Assembly: GCA_051294375.1 (NCBI GenBank)
Contig: JBJCIZ010000239.1
Location: 4,283,834-4,347,833, forward strand
Length of the DNA: 64,000 nucleotides
From: Paraspadella gotoi
Taxonomy: Eukaryota; Animalia; Chaetognatha
Direction of reading: 5' to 3'
Shown here: positions 36,637 through 49,640 of the stretch, piece by piece
Numbering within the stretch: the stretch's first letter is position 1
How the letters are laid out: the number at the start of each line of letters is the position of its first letter
Made by a program: the position numbers and the translations under genes
The notes under the pieces: generated by a model
Seen by the model: only the letters and a program-made list of their open reading frames with translations
What the model was told of the DNA's origin: nothing
Databases searched by the model: none

Positions 36637-38487
36637 TGTCCGGCTTCCGTCATTTTGTCGTTACCAATCTCTCTCTCTCTTTCATTCTGAAATATCGCTT
36701 TCATCATTGTTGGTAAAAAGGAATTTTAACCCAAGATAATTAGTTTTCTAACGGTTGTGCGCGTTAAAGAGCCGAAACAGTAAGTAAATCAATCAATTTT
36801 GCTTGGTTAGATTCTTGCAAACCTGTTGAGGTCCAGGTTTTTTTTTGTTTTTTTTATTGGAGACAAAAACACTACTACAATTATCTACAGTGAGTATAGA
36901 TAACCTCCGCCTCACGATCTTACGCTTATTCCTTTGCTTTTGTTTTGGTTTATTTTTTTTATTTTTTTTTTTAAACTAAAGATGTCGCTTTTGTTGCGAT
37001 GTGTTTTTATTTTAAAAAAAGTAAAAACTGTTGAAGAAAAACTTGACTTTTTTAATTTTACAATTTAGGAAAAAGCTTCTATTTGCGAACCCGTAGACTA
37101 GCTCCAGTTTAATCAAAGTCCAAATTAAAATATTTAAATCTTTTCTTGAAAATGGATAAACTTAAGAGCAATCTAAATAATAATATTTATATATAAGAAT
37201 AAGGATCATGAAATGATAAATTTGTAGAAAGTGTTTATTATTTTTTATGCTTCGATGGTCGCGCGTTCGATTCGTCGGCCGTATGTTGAACTGGCTTTAA
37301 GGTTTTCTAAATTTAGAATGACGTAAATGTCTAATAAATCGTGCATAAGTTTATTATTAAAGAGAATAAATAAATGGCGAAATCAATGTCGTATTATAAC
37401 TTAGTGTATAAAATCCTTGGATTCCGTAAAAACTACGGTTCCATACAGCCGATCTTTTCCAGAGAAACGATTATCATCGAATAACAAGTAACGAGGTTTT
37501 CGGCTAAAACGGTGAAAAGACCGGTCTGAAAAGGTCAACTAAATGACAATGGAAAAATGACCGTACGCGAGGTCAAAAATCTTTCAGAAATAAATAAAAA
37601 AGAAAAATACTAAGGTATAAAGTTAGAGCAATGCCTCCCAGAAAAACAGCATGGGAACTCAGAAAAGCAAATTTGTATTAAGCCTTAATACAAATTTGTT
37701 TTTGTATTTTAATTTGATTTAATTCTTGTTTTAATTTAAGGCCAAAAATTAAGCCCTTCCAAATATTTTGTCTTTTTTTTTAACCATTCCGGCGATTGCA
37801 GCGCCGCCGATCGAGACGAAGCACTAACGAAAAAAAAAAGATTTAAATGGAGGAAGTAGAAGTTTTTAAAGGGGGGAAAACCCTCTTTCAGATTCGTCAA
37901 GTAATTCCTTTGCCTCGGGCGTCCTCCAGTAAAACCGGGTAAGTTTTTTTCGGATTAAAACAACGGGGTAAGTTAACGAGTAGGTAAACGGGTTCGGGGT
38001 GTAAGGGAAAATGAAGGGACTTTATCGGATGAGTTCCTGGGTTATTCACTTTTTAAATTTTTAGGGAAATAATCGTGAATTTTTTTTTTTTTTTAATTCG
38101 AAAGGGGACCTATACGGGTTTGTGAAATTACTTTTTTCTTTGTTTATGAATGTAAATCCTAATTATCAACAGGAAAATAATCATAGATTTTATTTACTGG
38201 GTAATAATCATGGATTTTTAAAATGTAAAGAGGTGAAAAATATGGGTTTATAATAATAATAATAACTATAATAACTAGGTAATGAATATCAATTATAATT
38301 GATATTCTTTTTTACATTTTTTATTTAATAAATCGAAGCAATAATTATTTACAGACGGTACGATGTCCTAATTTTAAGTTAATTTTAATTTGAAATTATA
38401 ACGATTTAGATCTGTTATATAAATCCGTTTTTAAAATTAAAAGAGGTTTTAGTTAACATGAAACTCATGGTAAAACTGGTTTTTCGC

Positions 38488-38548
<61 letters not shown>

Positions 38549-40145
38549 GCGGAATGAGGCACCCGGTTTTTTTCTCCGAAAAAAACCACGACGACGACGA
38601 CCAAAGAGACGATGGAAACGTGCGTAAACATTTTAAAAAAGGAAACATAAGAAACTAATTAAAAACGTCATTAAAAGTTAAAAAAAAGTGACGAAGGAGA
38701 ATGACGATGACGTTCATTACGATCACGAACATCATCGTCTCTGACACACCGGCGCGAAAAAAAAACGAAAACGAGGCCAACAACGAAACGGTAAAAAAAA
38801 ATTACAAACAAAAGACAATCGCGGGGGAAAAAAAAGAGAGAGAGAAATACATTAATGGGGAAATTCGGTGTAAAAACCAAATTTTTGGGACATGGCATCA
38901 GAATTGAATCACGGAAGAGAGAGCGAGAGCAAGAGAGAGAGAGAGAGACAGACAGACTTCGGGAATTACGCGGGACTGACTGAAAATTATAAAAATTGCG
39001 AAATGTCTCCTTCGTCATCCTATTGACGTCGTCGTCGTCATTGTCGTCGTCGTCGTTGTTCCATCAACCGGAATAGGAAATGGAGAATCGAGGGTTTTTC
39101 CCCGAAAAAAAAAGGTTCACTACTATAAAAAGGTTCACTACTATAAAAGTTGTCATCGAAACCGAATCGTTTAATTCGCAGAAGAGAAAGAAAAAAAATA
39201 ATTATATGAAATAAATTTTGAAGAAAAAAAAATTGGAAATTTTTATCCAAGTCAATTCGCGAGATAAAAAAAACAAAACATCTTACGTCTTTTCAACAAA
39301 AAAAAAAAGCCCGGTGTAAGGATTGAGCAACGAAACAAAACAAAAAATTGAAAAGAAAAACAAAACAAGAAAACAACGCAACACATCGAATAAAAAACAA
39401 AACAAAAACATTTAAGGAAAAAAAAACAAACAAAATAACAACAAACAAAAAAAAAAAAAATAAAACGGCCTGAAAGGTAAAAAATGCAGTATTTTTGAAA
39501 AGCAACCCTTTTCTGTTCCTAGTTCCTCGAATCTCATTTTAACCTTAAACTTTAACCAAAATTTTTTTTTAAACCCAATCCTTATCCCTATCCATATTCT
39601 CGGTCCCTCGGATCCATAAACAAATCTCTATACTAACCCCTAACCCTGATCCCCTAGGGGGCAGCGCCCAGGTTCACCGCGCATAGAAATATCTTTCCCT
39701 CTGGCGTGACCCTTTGCCTCATTGCGATTGTTCTCGCTTGTCCCCGAATTTAATCACAACCCTGCGCCCGCTTTGCGGGAAGCGTGAGGACGGCCTTGGG
39801 CAGGAGCGGGAAACCCTCAAGCCCGGTTCCATGGCTCCTAGAGTGGGTTCAAAAAGTTACGGATACTACTCTTCAGCGATTAACCCCATATCCCTAACAC
39901 GCTTAACCTAATCTTTAAACTTAAAAACCTAAATTGAAACTTGATTTGATAATTTAATAATTTATCTTAATAATAATTTGATCATTTAATTTTTGAAAAA
40001 AAAAATTATATTTAGGTACGAATCGCTATCGAGGAAAATACAAAAAAAAACCAACAAAACAACACAAAGAAAAACAAAAACAAACATAAACCAACAAACT
40101 ATCAAAAACAAACATAAACAAACAAAAACAATCAATCAAAACATT

Positions 40146-40958
40146 ATGTCTCTATTGGGCGATGCGCAAATTGGTTTGATGGGCCCGACGCCGTCGACGC
40201 CGCTCCCGGCGCGGCAGAGAACGCCGCTTTGCTGCGTCTTTCTCGCGGCGTCGATGTTTTTCGCCGCCGCCGTCCTCGCTTTAATCGTCATCGTCGGAGG
40301 CGGCGGAGGCGGCGGAGGCGGCGTCGGCGTCGGCGGAGATGGCACCGAGCTCTGGATCAGTAAGTTTTGATATTTTTTTTTCTCTCTTTCGGCCCTCTAT
40401 TCCAAAAGCGCCCCGTTTTAAAATTAAATTAGAGGTTTAAAGAAAGAATGTTATTAAGGAATAGGATTATGGATTAAATTTACGGATTAAGGTTGGGAAA
40501 GAGTTAAGTATTAGGGTTACAATTAAAGTTAAGGATAAAAAATCTAAAATAATCTAAAATAACTCGCTAAATTGAATATACAATTAGATTTTAGATTCCA
40601 GCTATTTAATTTAATTTCAGATATTAGTTATAATTTGAACATTATTATAAATATTTTAGACTTGTCTTGTATAAATAATTAATAATTTTAAAATATTTGT
40701 TTTAAAACTATGTTTTCAGATAACTCGAACGCAAAGCCTGAAATTCTACATCGAATTCGTACCAAACGACGGTTGGGATCGACGACGCGGCCCACTTCCG
40801 GTAAGAGGGGGTTAGAGAAATTGAGAGAGAGAGAGAGAGAGAGAGATGGGGAAATAGAGAGAGAGATGGGGAAATAGAGAGAGAGGGGAAGGAGAGAAGA
40901 GGGACGGAGAAAAACGGCGGGAGAGAGGGAATGAAAGAGCAAGAGACCAAGAGAAGCA

Positions 40959-40992
<34 letters not shown>

Positions 40993-42348
40993 TGGGAGAC
41001 AGACATAGCAAGAGAGAAAGACAAAGTTAAAGAAGAGAGGGAAAGAGAAAGAAAGTAAGAAATAGGGGGAGAGACAAAGAAAGAGACTAAGACACAATAC
41101 ATCAGTTCCTTTTTTCAAACGCCCAACTACAGCCCCAGCATTCGAAGTCTTCGGCGCCTACATCAATCGATGCCCGGATGGAAAATACAGAGACGACACC
41201 GGATTGCCTCGTGCCAGACACTGCGAAACGGGGCCGACGCCGAAGACCGACCAGAGAGTTGGGGACGTTGTTATAAGGGATTGGAAGGTGAGAAGGGAGG
41301 TAGGAGAAAGGGGAAGAGAGAGGGAGGAAAGGAGGGAGAGTAGGAGGACGAGGAGAAGAGGATAAGGACGAAGGAGAAAGAGAGGAAGGTGGAAAACTCG
41401 TTCACGGTTTAGTTTATTTTAGTTTAATGCTCTTGTTTTATGTTTTAATAAAGTTTTTTTTTTTTTTTTTTTTTTTTTATCTTTTCCTCCCGTCTCCCTC
41501 TCTTTGTCTCTCCTCCTCTCACTACTCTCTCCCTCTTTTCTCCTCTTCTCTCCTGCTCTCTCCTCCTCTCTCTTTCCCTCCTGCTCTACCCTATCTTTTC
41601 CCTCCTCTCTCTTCCCCTCTCTCTCCCTCTCTTCTCCTCTCCCTCTTCTCTTTCCCTTCCCCTTCTCCCCCAGATTTCACCAGGTTTCGATGTCAACAAC
41701 AACACGGAATTTCGTCTAGTCGACGGGACCTCCATTCGGTTTTTGACTTCCGCTCTCTACTTTTTCGAATTTCATTACGTCTTTCGTAAGACGACGAACA
41801 GGTTAGGGGCACTATATTTTCCTAAAGCGTACCGTTTTCGGTTTTTTTTTTTATCTCGCCAAGACAGGGGGGGTTACCCGGTCCGTTCCACTTTCTACAT
41901 GACAACCTCAGGGCTCGAACCAGGGACGCACATTGGGATGGTGCATTAGCCCACTGAGCCACTGAGGCGCTGCGAAAGAATCAGCTTTAATCCATCTGTG
42001 GTGATAGGACCACCAGAGGCTCAAGATTAGAAGATTTGGCTTCGAACTAACTCAAAGTAACTCTTTTCTCGACCCCTCCCTCTCCTCAGCTGCGCCGTGA
42101 GTGTCCAGCGCAGCCTCAGGGGTCATGCCCGCGGTCTTCCCCGCAAATGCCACGTGGTCTTCCCAGTCCCCCGGGTCTCGGACGAGGACGGAGCCAGACC
42201 CATCTATTCCACGCCCTGCTCTTTGGGATTCCTGGAGTGGATGGTGTCCGGAGAGGAGATGCGCGTCGTCGACCACAACGAGCAATGCGGCGGGGACGTT
42301 CGGATAGGGTTGAAGCACGCCAGGATGTCCATCTTGAGAGTGGGGTAG
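40146..42348 (+). CDS. Divergent TNF-superfamily ligand-like type II membrane protein (5 exons, ~278 aa)
   Basis: Exons 40146-40359, 40720-40800, 41133-41287, 41674-41801, 42090-42348 (837 nt, all GT-AG, phases join). TM segment LCCVFLAASMFFAAAVLALIVIV, Gly linker, furin site RTKR, then PAFEVFG...IRDW, FRLVDGTSIRFLTSALYFFEFHYVF, CSLGFLEWMVSGEEMRV, ARMSILRVG*, matching the TNF homology domain strand pattern. Gene structure is more certain than the family assignment. Confidence 0.72.
41865..41970 (-). mobile_element. tRNA-derived SINE head / tRNA-like remnant in an intron
   Basis: Minus strand has A box TGGCTCAGTGG (41961-41951) and B box GGTTCGAGCCC (41921-41911); the T-arm and acceptor stem overlap, so no complete cloverleaf forms. 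Confidence 0.6.
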
Positions 42349-42362
42349 CCTGGGGGTGGGAG

Positions 42363-42394
<32 letters not shown>

Positions 42395-42939
42395 ATGGAG
42401 AGAGGAAAGAACAAAAAAAAGAGGTTAAAAAATCCTGTAATTGCTGTTTTATCTGTTCATTATATTTATACGAACCAATGGATTGATTATTAGAGTGGAG
42501 CACTTGGGAACATAAATTTTATTTGAGTGAACAAACAAGGATTTTTAGATGTGAGATCGTATGAATAAGGAATACAAAAAATATCTTGCTTGTATTGTTT
42601 GGGGAACAGTATCATTAATTACAATATATTTATAGTAATATCCTTAGAAAATAATAAATTTTCAAAATATTTTTTAAAAAATTTTTATTAAAGATTCTGA
42701 TTCTTCATAAAAAGTTAGATCAAAAATATAAAACATGTTATTAACAATTTCAATGTCTTCAGTATCAAAAATTGAAAAAAAGGTTAAAATTTCCCCCTTT
42801 TTTACGCTCTGTAGTAGAAACTATTATATGATGAAACATTTTAGTCATTTTTCGCAGCTTTAACCTAAAAATATCATAAAACATATTTTACAAAAGTTTT
42901 TCAGTTTTTTCCGGCGAATCCAAAACAGTTCTTAAAGTT

Positions 42940-43118
42940 AAAAAAATATGATTTTGAAATTTTATGATTTTATAAGGATATTATTATAAAGAAAATTCAA
43001 TTAATGATACTGTTATGCAAAATTTAATTGAAAAAGGGCTTAATTATTTTTTATTACATATACAAAGGCAGCAAAAAAACATTGTTCCATCGCTCAATCT
43101 TTTCATCACTCCACCCTA
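42940..43118 (-). mobile_element. End of a MITE-like element (inverted homolog of ~8120-8300)
   Basis: The reverse complement of tagggtggagtgat..aagattgagcgatggaacaatg...aataattaagcccttttt is present at both loci. Confidence 0.6.
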
Positions 43119-44292
43119 TTGATTATTTCATCAATTAGATAATTGAGTAATCATTTTACCACATAGCCTTGTTTGGTTTTTTTTGTCGGTCCAGCGGCCA
43201 AACGTTTAATTTGTTTTTTTTTTTTTTAAATCTCCTGTTGTCAATTTGAACTTAGGGAGGCCTCGTTCATTTTAATTTGGTTGTACTTCCGATTATTTAT
43301 TGCTTTTGAAAATCCTGTTTTAAATATATGTATATTTTGATGATGAGTGAGTTTTATACAACGGTTATTACAGTTTAAAACAGTTTAAACAGTAAATATT
43401 TATGAATGCGATTTCAAGCTATATTTTTAACCTTGTATTCAGAATTTAATTTTTTTATTTGTTAAAAGTTAAAAGGTAAGGTTAGGTTAGGGGTGAAAGA
43501 TAGGAGCTTGGTTAGGGATAAGGTTAAAAGGTTCCATTATGAATTAGAGTTCGGGATTAGATTTAGTCATAACGGTCGTGGGGATATGGTTGTAGTTAAG
43601 GGTTAGGGTTATGGATTGGGTTATATTGTTGTAAAAAAGAATATTATCAAATATTTGGTCAAAATCGATTTCGGTGATGAAGAAATAAAAATAGGTCGTT
43701 TTTTGAAAAAAAAAAATTTAATTAAAATTCCTGAGAGGGCTTTGATATATAAATGATTATTAAACAATTAAAAGGAAATATTATTTGTACGAACTTTACC
43801 GATACTAGTAAAAATTTAATCCTTTCGAGTACATATAGAATTAGATATTTTCTTTTTATAAAATTCTATGAAATTAGTATCCATTCATTTAATACATTAG
43901 TACATTAGTACTACATTGGTAATATTACCCATTCATTTAATACGTTAGTAATACATTGTTATAATTATTCGTTATTCGTACATTATCTTCGGAATTGGCG
44001 CCATTAATCTCAGATTAATAATCAGGGATTCGAATGATTTTTAAATGATTCATTATATTCGAGTAGTTCCCTCTTCCGTTACGATCGGTCGAACTCTCAG
44101 GGTTTTTTCCCCCTTGGCCAAAATGGGCTCTCTTTTCCGAGAGAACCCCCCCCCTTTTTTGTCAGTTTTTTTATATAACTTAATTAAAATTTTAATATTT
44201 AACCTAATAATATTTATAAACTGATAAACCAATCTTTAACCTTGATCCTTAACCCTAATCATAAACCAAATTATATAATAATTTCTAACTTT

Positions 44293-45241
44293 ATTTTGAT
44301 GCTAGTGCGGAGTACAATAAGTATTCCCGATCTAATACTTAAGGGAGTGGTCTTTTCATACAATTGAAACATTCTTTGAAATATTTTCCACTTCATTGAT
44401 AGGGAAGCCAGGTACTCTGGGAGTGAATAAACGAGTCTGTGAGAGAGTCTTGATTGAAGCTTGCAGGGACCTGCTATGTCATTATCTTGTAAGAGTGATG
44501 GAGGCCTTAACCACCAAAGCCTGTCCAAAGTCAGGGGCAAGATAGCTTATTTATTAAATGAATGGATAATTTTTATATTGGTTGTACCAATTTCATAAAA
44601 TTCAGCTCCTTGTATTTTGATGCTAGTGCGGAGTACAATAAGTATTCCCCGATCTAATACTTAAGGGAGTGGTCTTTTCATACAATTGAAACATTCTTTG
44701 AAATATTTTCCACTTCATTGATAGGGAAGCCAGGTACTCTGGGAGTGAATAAACGAGTCTGTGAGAGAGTCTTGATTGAAAGCTTGCAGGACCTGCTATG
44801 TCATTATCTTGTAAGAGTGATGGAGGCCTTAAACCACCAAAGCCTGTCCAAAGTCAGGGGCAAGATAGCTTATTTATTAAATGAATGCATAATTTTTATA
44901 TTGGTTGTACCATTTCATAAAATTCAGCTCCTTGTATTTGATGCTAGTGCGGAGTGCAATAAGTATTCCCGATCTAATACTTAAGGGAGTGGTCTTTTCA
45001 TACAATTGAAACATTCTTTGAAATATTTTCCACTTCATTGATAGGGAAGCCAGGTACTCTGGGAGTGAATAAACGAGTCTGTGAGAGAGTCTGATTGAAA
45101 GCTTGCAGGGACCTGCTATGTCATTATATCTTGTAAGAGTGATGGAGGCCTTAAACCACCAAAGCCTGTCCAAAGTCAGGGGCAAGATAGCTTATTTATT
45201 AAATGAATGGATAATTTTTATATTGGTTTGTACCAATTTCA
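44293..45241 (+). repeat. Three near-identical head-to-tail copies of a ~321-bp unit
   Basis: ttttgatgctagtgcggag recurs at ~44294, ~44615 and ~44937; the array ends at attggtt(t)gtaccaatttcat. Confidence 0.95.
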
Positions 45242-45497
45242 TTTAATTTTAAATTAATTTAATTCCGAATTTATGATGAAATGGGGCGTTCGGGGAAAAT
45301 AAGGCCTCGAATGAAGGGTTCGTATTATACGAGAAATTTGGACTTTCCTATTTTGTACTAATTGACAGATAATAATAACATGGCCGGATCCTGCAAGGTT
45401 TCAATCTTGTAGTCTCGTGTAATCGCTCCCAGAGTTCCTGTCTTCCCTAATAATGAAGTATTGTTATTGTTCAGTAAATTATAGTTATATTTTAGTT

Positions 45498-45940
45498 TGA
45501 AGCCGCAGAATAGTTCCTCGTCGTTGCCTCGACAAATAAACCTTCGAAGAAAAGAAAACAACAACGCTCTCAAGTCGTTCGATTTCACAATCGTAACTCG
45601 AGCGTCTTCTTTTACCTTTATCTCGTTACCGTTATTTTATCTACATTTGTTTAGTGCTTTACAATGTACAGTGCATCAGTAGTTTTCATTTGATGCCCAT
45701 TTCTCTATCGTTATAATGGCTTGCGTTGTAAAAAGTCCACTTTTATCGTTTGATGAAAGCACAATAATATATAAGTATTTCAAGGTGCTCTCGATAAGGT
45801 CCGATCGAGCGATCGTTCCTCCATATAAGGAAACGCGTTTTTGTATCGGTTTCTCTCGTTTTTCTCTCGAGACAATACAATGTGTTCCGTTTAAACAAAC
45901 ATTTTAAATGATAGCGCAGAAGTAGGATAGAACCTCTTCA
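45498..45940 (+). repeat. 5' LTR
   Basis: tgaagccgcagaat...aacctcttca; duplicated at 49906-50351. Confidence 0.93.
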
Positions 45941-45941
45941 C

Positions 45942-45955
45942 TGGTGAGCCAACTT
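45942..45955 (+). promoter_or_regulatory. Primer-binding site (similar to the complement of the tRNA-Arg(ACG) 3' end)
   Basis: TGGTGAGCCAAC one base after the LTR; near match to TGGCGAGCCAGC. The tRNA identity is inferred. Confidence 0.55.
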
Positions 45956-45994
45956 CGAACAACGCCTTCAACGCTCTCTGCTACCGGATCCAAG

Positions 45995-48900
45995 ATGTCC
46001 GTCGAACCCGCTCCAGCCGCGTCCGCCTCCGCCGTCTCCGTCAAACTGCCGGAATTTTGGCCCAACGACGCCCAGCTTTGGTTCAGCGCGCAGAGGCGCA
46101 ATTCGCCACCCGCGGCATCACGCGTCATTGACGCGGTATTACCACGTCGTCACCGCGCTGACGAGGAGACCTCGCGCAGTATCCGCGATTTTTTTCTCGG
46201 CGACCCCGAGAATCTCGAGGATCCATACACCGCGATCAAAGACCGCCTTCTTTCGCCAATTTCCACCTACGAAGGCGGAGCGCGCCGCCAAAACTCCTCT
46301 CGTCGATAAGCCTCGCGGGAAACGCCCCAAAGCTTACGTCGGGGACTTGCGAGCGCTAACTAGCGACCTCACAATGGACGACGTACACCGCGCGGCGCTG
46401 CTCCACGCTCTTCCGCCCTCCGTCGCCCTCGTCGTCACGCAAACACCAGGCGGCGCCGAAGATCTCGCGACGGCCGCCGACCGCTACTACGACCGCGACG
46501 GCAACGCGACTGTCTCGGAGGTGGCGCGCGACGTTGAGGACGGTGACCGCGGCGCCTTCACGACCACTCCCACGCCATGCGTCTGTGCGGCGTCAAAGCG
46601 CGACGACATCTGCTGGAAAACATCGACGCTACGGCGCCAAGGCCCGTAGCTGCGTGAAGCCCTGCTCGTGGCGCGGCGCCGCCAAGTCGAAGGCGGGAAA
46701 CGACGACGCCGGCGTCAGTGAGCGCGGCGACCGGCGCCTTGCCTTTGCTCAGCGTACGCGACTTTAACTCTGGCCTTGACTTTCTCGTCGACACTGGCGC
46801 TGAAGTCAGCCTGCTTCCGGCTTCGACGTGGGACAAGGCGAATCGAGCGGCCTCGTCATCCTTACGGGCGGCCAACGGGTCATCCATCGCGGCCTTCGGG
46901 AGCCGCACCATGACAGTCCGCCTCGCCTCCAAACCTCTCGTCGGCGTTTTCCTGGTCGCCGAGGTAAAACGGCCGATTCTCGGCGCCGATTTTTTTGCGC
47001 TCCACGGCCTCCTCGTGGACGTCGCGCGTCGGCGGCTCATGACTCCGAAACCTTCGAAGCTGTTCGCTGCGACGTCAGCGCCATGCCTACGACCGCGTCG
47101 CACACGAAGTCTCCAACGTCTTCGACGAACTTCTTCCGCGAGCGCCCCGATCTGACGACGCCAAAATTCGAAGCGCAAACGCCTCGTCACGGCGTCTATC
47201 ATCGCATCCCCACCGAAGGACACCCAGTTTTTGCAAGAGCTCGTCGTCTCTCGCCTGAACGTCTCTCGGCCGTCAAAAAGGAGTTTGACGAACTCCAACG
47301 CTAGGCATCGTCCGACCGTCTTCGTCACCGTGGGCGTCGCCTCTCCACGTCGTCGCCAAACCTGACGGAGGTTCCGCGCCTGCGGAGACTACAGGCGCCT
47401 CAACGCAGCCACCAAGGACGACCGCTACCCCGTCAAACATCTCCACGATTTCTCCGCGGACCTCGCGGATGACGGTTTTTTCCAAGGTCGACCTGCTGAA
47501 AGGTTACCATCAGGTGCCTGTCGCTGAGGAGGACGTCCCGAAAACAGCGATCATCACGCCGTTCGGTTCATACGAATATCTCCGGATGCCTTTCGGTCTC
47601 AAAAACGCCGCGCAGGCGTTCCAACGTCTCATGGACGCCGTTTGCAGGGGTCTCCCTCGAGTTTTTGTTTATCTCGACGACATCCTCGTCGCCTCCAGAG
47701 ACAGGAAACAACATCTCGACGACCTCGCGCGCCTCTTCGACCGTCTCGAAGAGCACGGTCTCGTAGTCAAACGCGAAGTGTTTGTTCGGCGTCGACTCCC
47801 TCGATTTTTCTCGGCCATCACATCGACGCCGAAGGCGTACGTCCTCTCCTTCAAAGGTGGCGGCGATCGCCAACTCCGCGCCCATCAACCGTCAAGGAAC
47901 TCCAACGCTTCCTCGGGATGGTGAACTTTTTTCACCGCTTCGTCCCCCACGCGCGGCGCGACGATGGCGCCTCTCTATGCTGCACTCAAAGGTCGTCCGC
48001 AGCCAAGGTCGTCGAGTGGAACGAAGACCGGGAGGCGGCGTTTGGACGAAACCAACGGCCCTCGCCAATGCCACGATGCTCGTCCATCCCATCACGGGCG
48101 CGCCCACTGCACTCACGGTTGATGCCTCCGACTTCGCGATCGGCGGCGTCCTCGAGCAACTCGTCAGCGGCCATTGGCGCCCGCTAGCGTTTTTCTCCAA
48201 CCCGCTCATGGATAACCAGAAAAAGTATTCACCTTACGACCGGGAACTCCTGGCAGCCCACTTGGCAGTGCGACACTTTCGGTACTTCTTGGAGGGACGC
48301 CCCTTCACACTCTTCACGGACCACGTGAGCCTCGTTCCCTCCATCAGCAAGAAGACTGACTCCAAAACGGCGCGGCAGGCCAATCAGTTGGCCGCCGTCT
48401 CGGAATTTACGACAGACTTCCGGCACGTTTCTGGAAAGCAAACATCGTCGCCGATGCTCTCTCGCGCGTCGTCATACCCGACGATATCATGGCCGTCACA
48501 GGACCCGGCGGCGTTGACTTCGCGGCGATAGCGGCCGATCAAGGGACCGACGAAGATATCCAGCGCCTCCAGTCGTCCGCCTCATCCTTCGCCTCCAACG
48601 GGCGTCATTCGACGGCGCCTCTGTTCTCTGCGACGTCTCAACGGGCGTCGCGCGTCCTCTCGTTCCCCAGAAGTGGCGCCGGATCGTTTTCGACGCACTC
48701 CACTCCTTGGCGCACCCGGGGATAAAGACGTCGAAAGCCCTCGTAACCAAAAAGTTTGTGTGGCCGGGCCGGCGAAGGACGCCGCCAGCTGGGCGCGTTC
48801 GTGCGTCCACTGCCAGCGGGCGAAAGTCCGAACTCACGCCGCCACGCCCATCGAGGATTTTGTTCCGCCGGAAAAACGTTTTCAGCACGTCCACATCGAC

Positions 48901-49640
48901 CTCGTCGGCCCACTTCCGGCGTCACTGGGATTTGCCTACCTCCTGACGGTCGTCGACCGCTTCACCGCTGGCCAGAAGCGATCCCGCTTCCCGATATTCA
49001 AGCAGCGACGGTAGCGCGCGCCTTCGCTTCCGGTTGGGTCGCTCGTTTCGGGCCTCCGCTCCACATCACGTCCGATCGCGGGAAACAATTCATTTCCGAA
49101 CTGTGGCGCCAGCTAGCGGCGTCTCTCGGCGCCAACCTTCACCACACCACGTCGTACCACCCTCAGGCGAATGGATGGTGGAGCGTTTCCACCGCGACCT
49201 CAAGGCGTCACTCCGCGCCAAACTTGCAGGCCCTGATTGGGTAGACAAACTGCCTTGGGTGATGCTCGGCCTTCGTACCGCCATCAAGGAAGACCTCAAC
49301 GCCTCCTCGGCCGAACTCGTCTATGGTGAGGAGTTGGCGTTGCCTGCCGACTTTGTCCCGGACTGCGGTTCCCAACGCCTGCACATGAACTCCTTCAGAC
49401 GCTGCGCCGGGAGGTCCGAGCTCTTCGCCCGGTCGACGGGACGCGCCACGCCCATCTCGCGTCAACATCCCCGATGAGCTCCAGTCGTGCCCTTCGTCCT
49501 CGTGCGCCGGCGCCCTGTACGCACACCGCTGCAGCCGGTCTATGACGGCCCGTTTCGCGTCGTAGCCGCGCCTCCAAGTTTTTCCGGCTCGAGATCGGCG
49601 GCCGCCTCGACGACGTCTCCGTCGATCGCCTCAAACCTTC
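45995..49640 (+). pseudogene. gag-pol polyprotein with many frameshifts
   Basis: VSVKLPEFWPNDAQLWF (gag), FLVDTGAEVSLLP (protease), RMPFGLKNAAQAFQR and VYLDDILVAS (RT), TVDASDFAIGGVLEQ and YDRELLA (RNase H), HIDLVGPLP, ITSDRGKQF, YHPQANG (integrase), spread over shifting frames. Confidence 0.9.

Noticed and set aside
38560-39070. CpG-rich patch suggesting another gene
   Set aside because: No coherent ORF with splice signals; more likely UTR or regulatory low-complexity sequence.
41895-41970. Functional tRNA gene
   Set aside because: A and B boxes are present, but the T-stem is incomplete and the anticodon arm irregular; treated as a SINE head.
44750-44795. ctgtgagagagtcttgattgaaagc in the 320-bp unit as a variant hammerhead
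   Set aside because: The core is CUGUGAG rather than CUGANGA, and the stems do not close convincingly.
44271-45185. Recurrent ORFs in the 320-bp array
   Set aside because: Frames are not preserved between copies and there is no recognisable domain.
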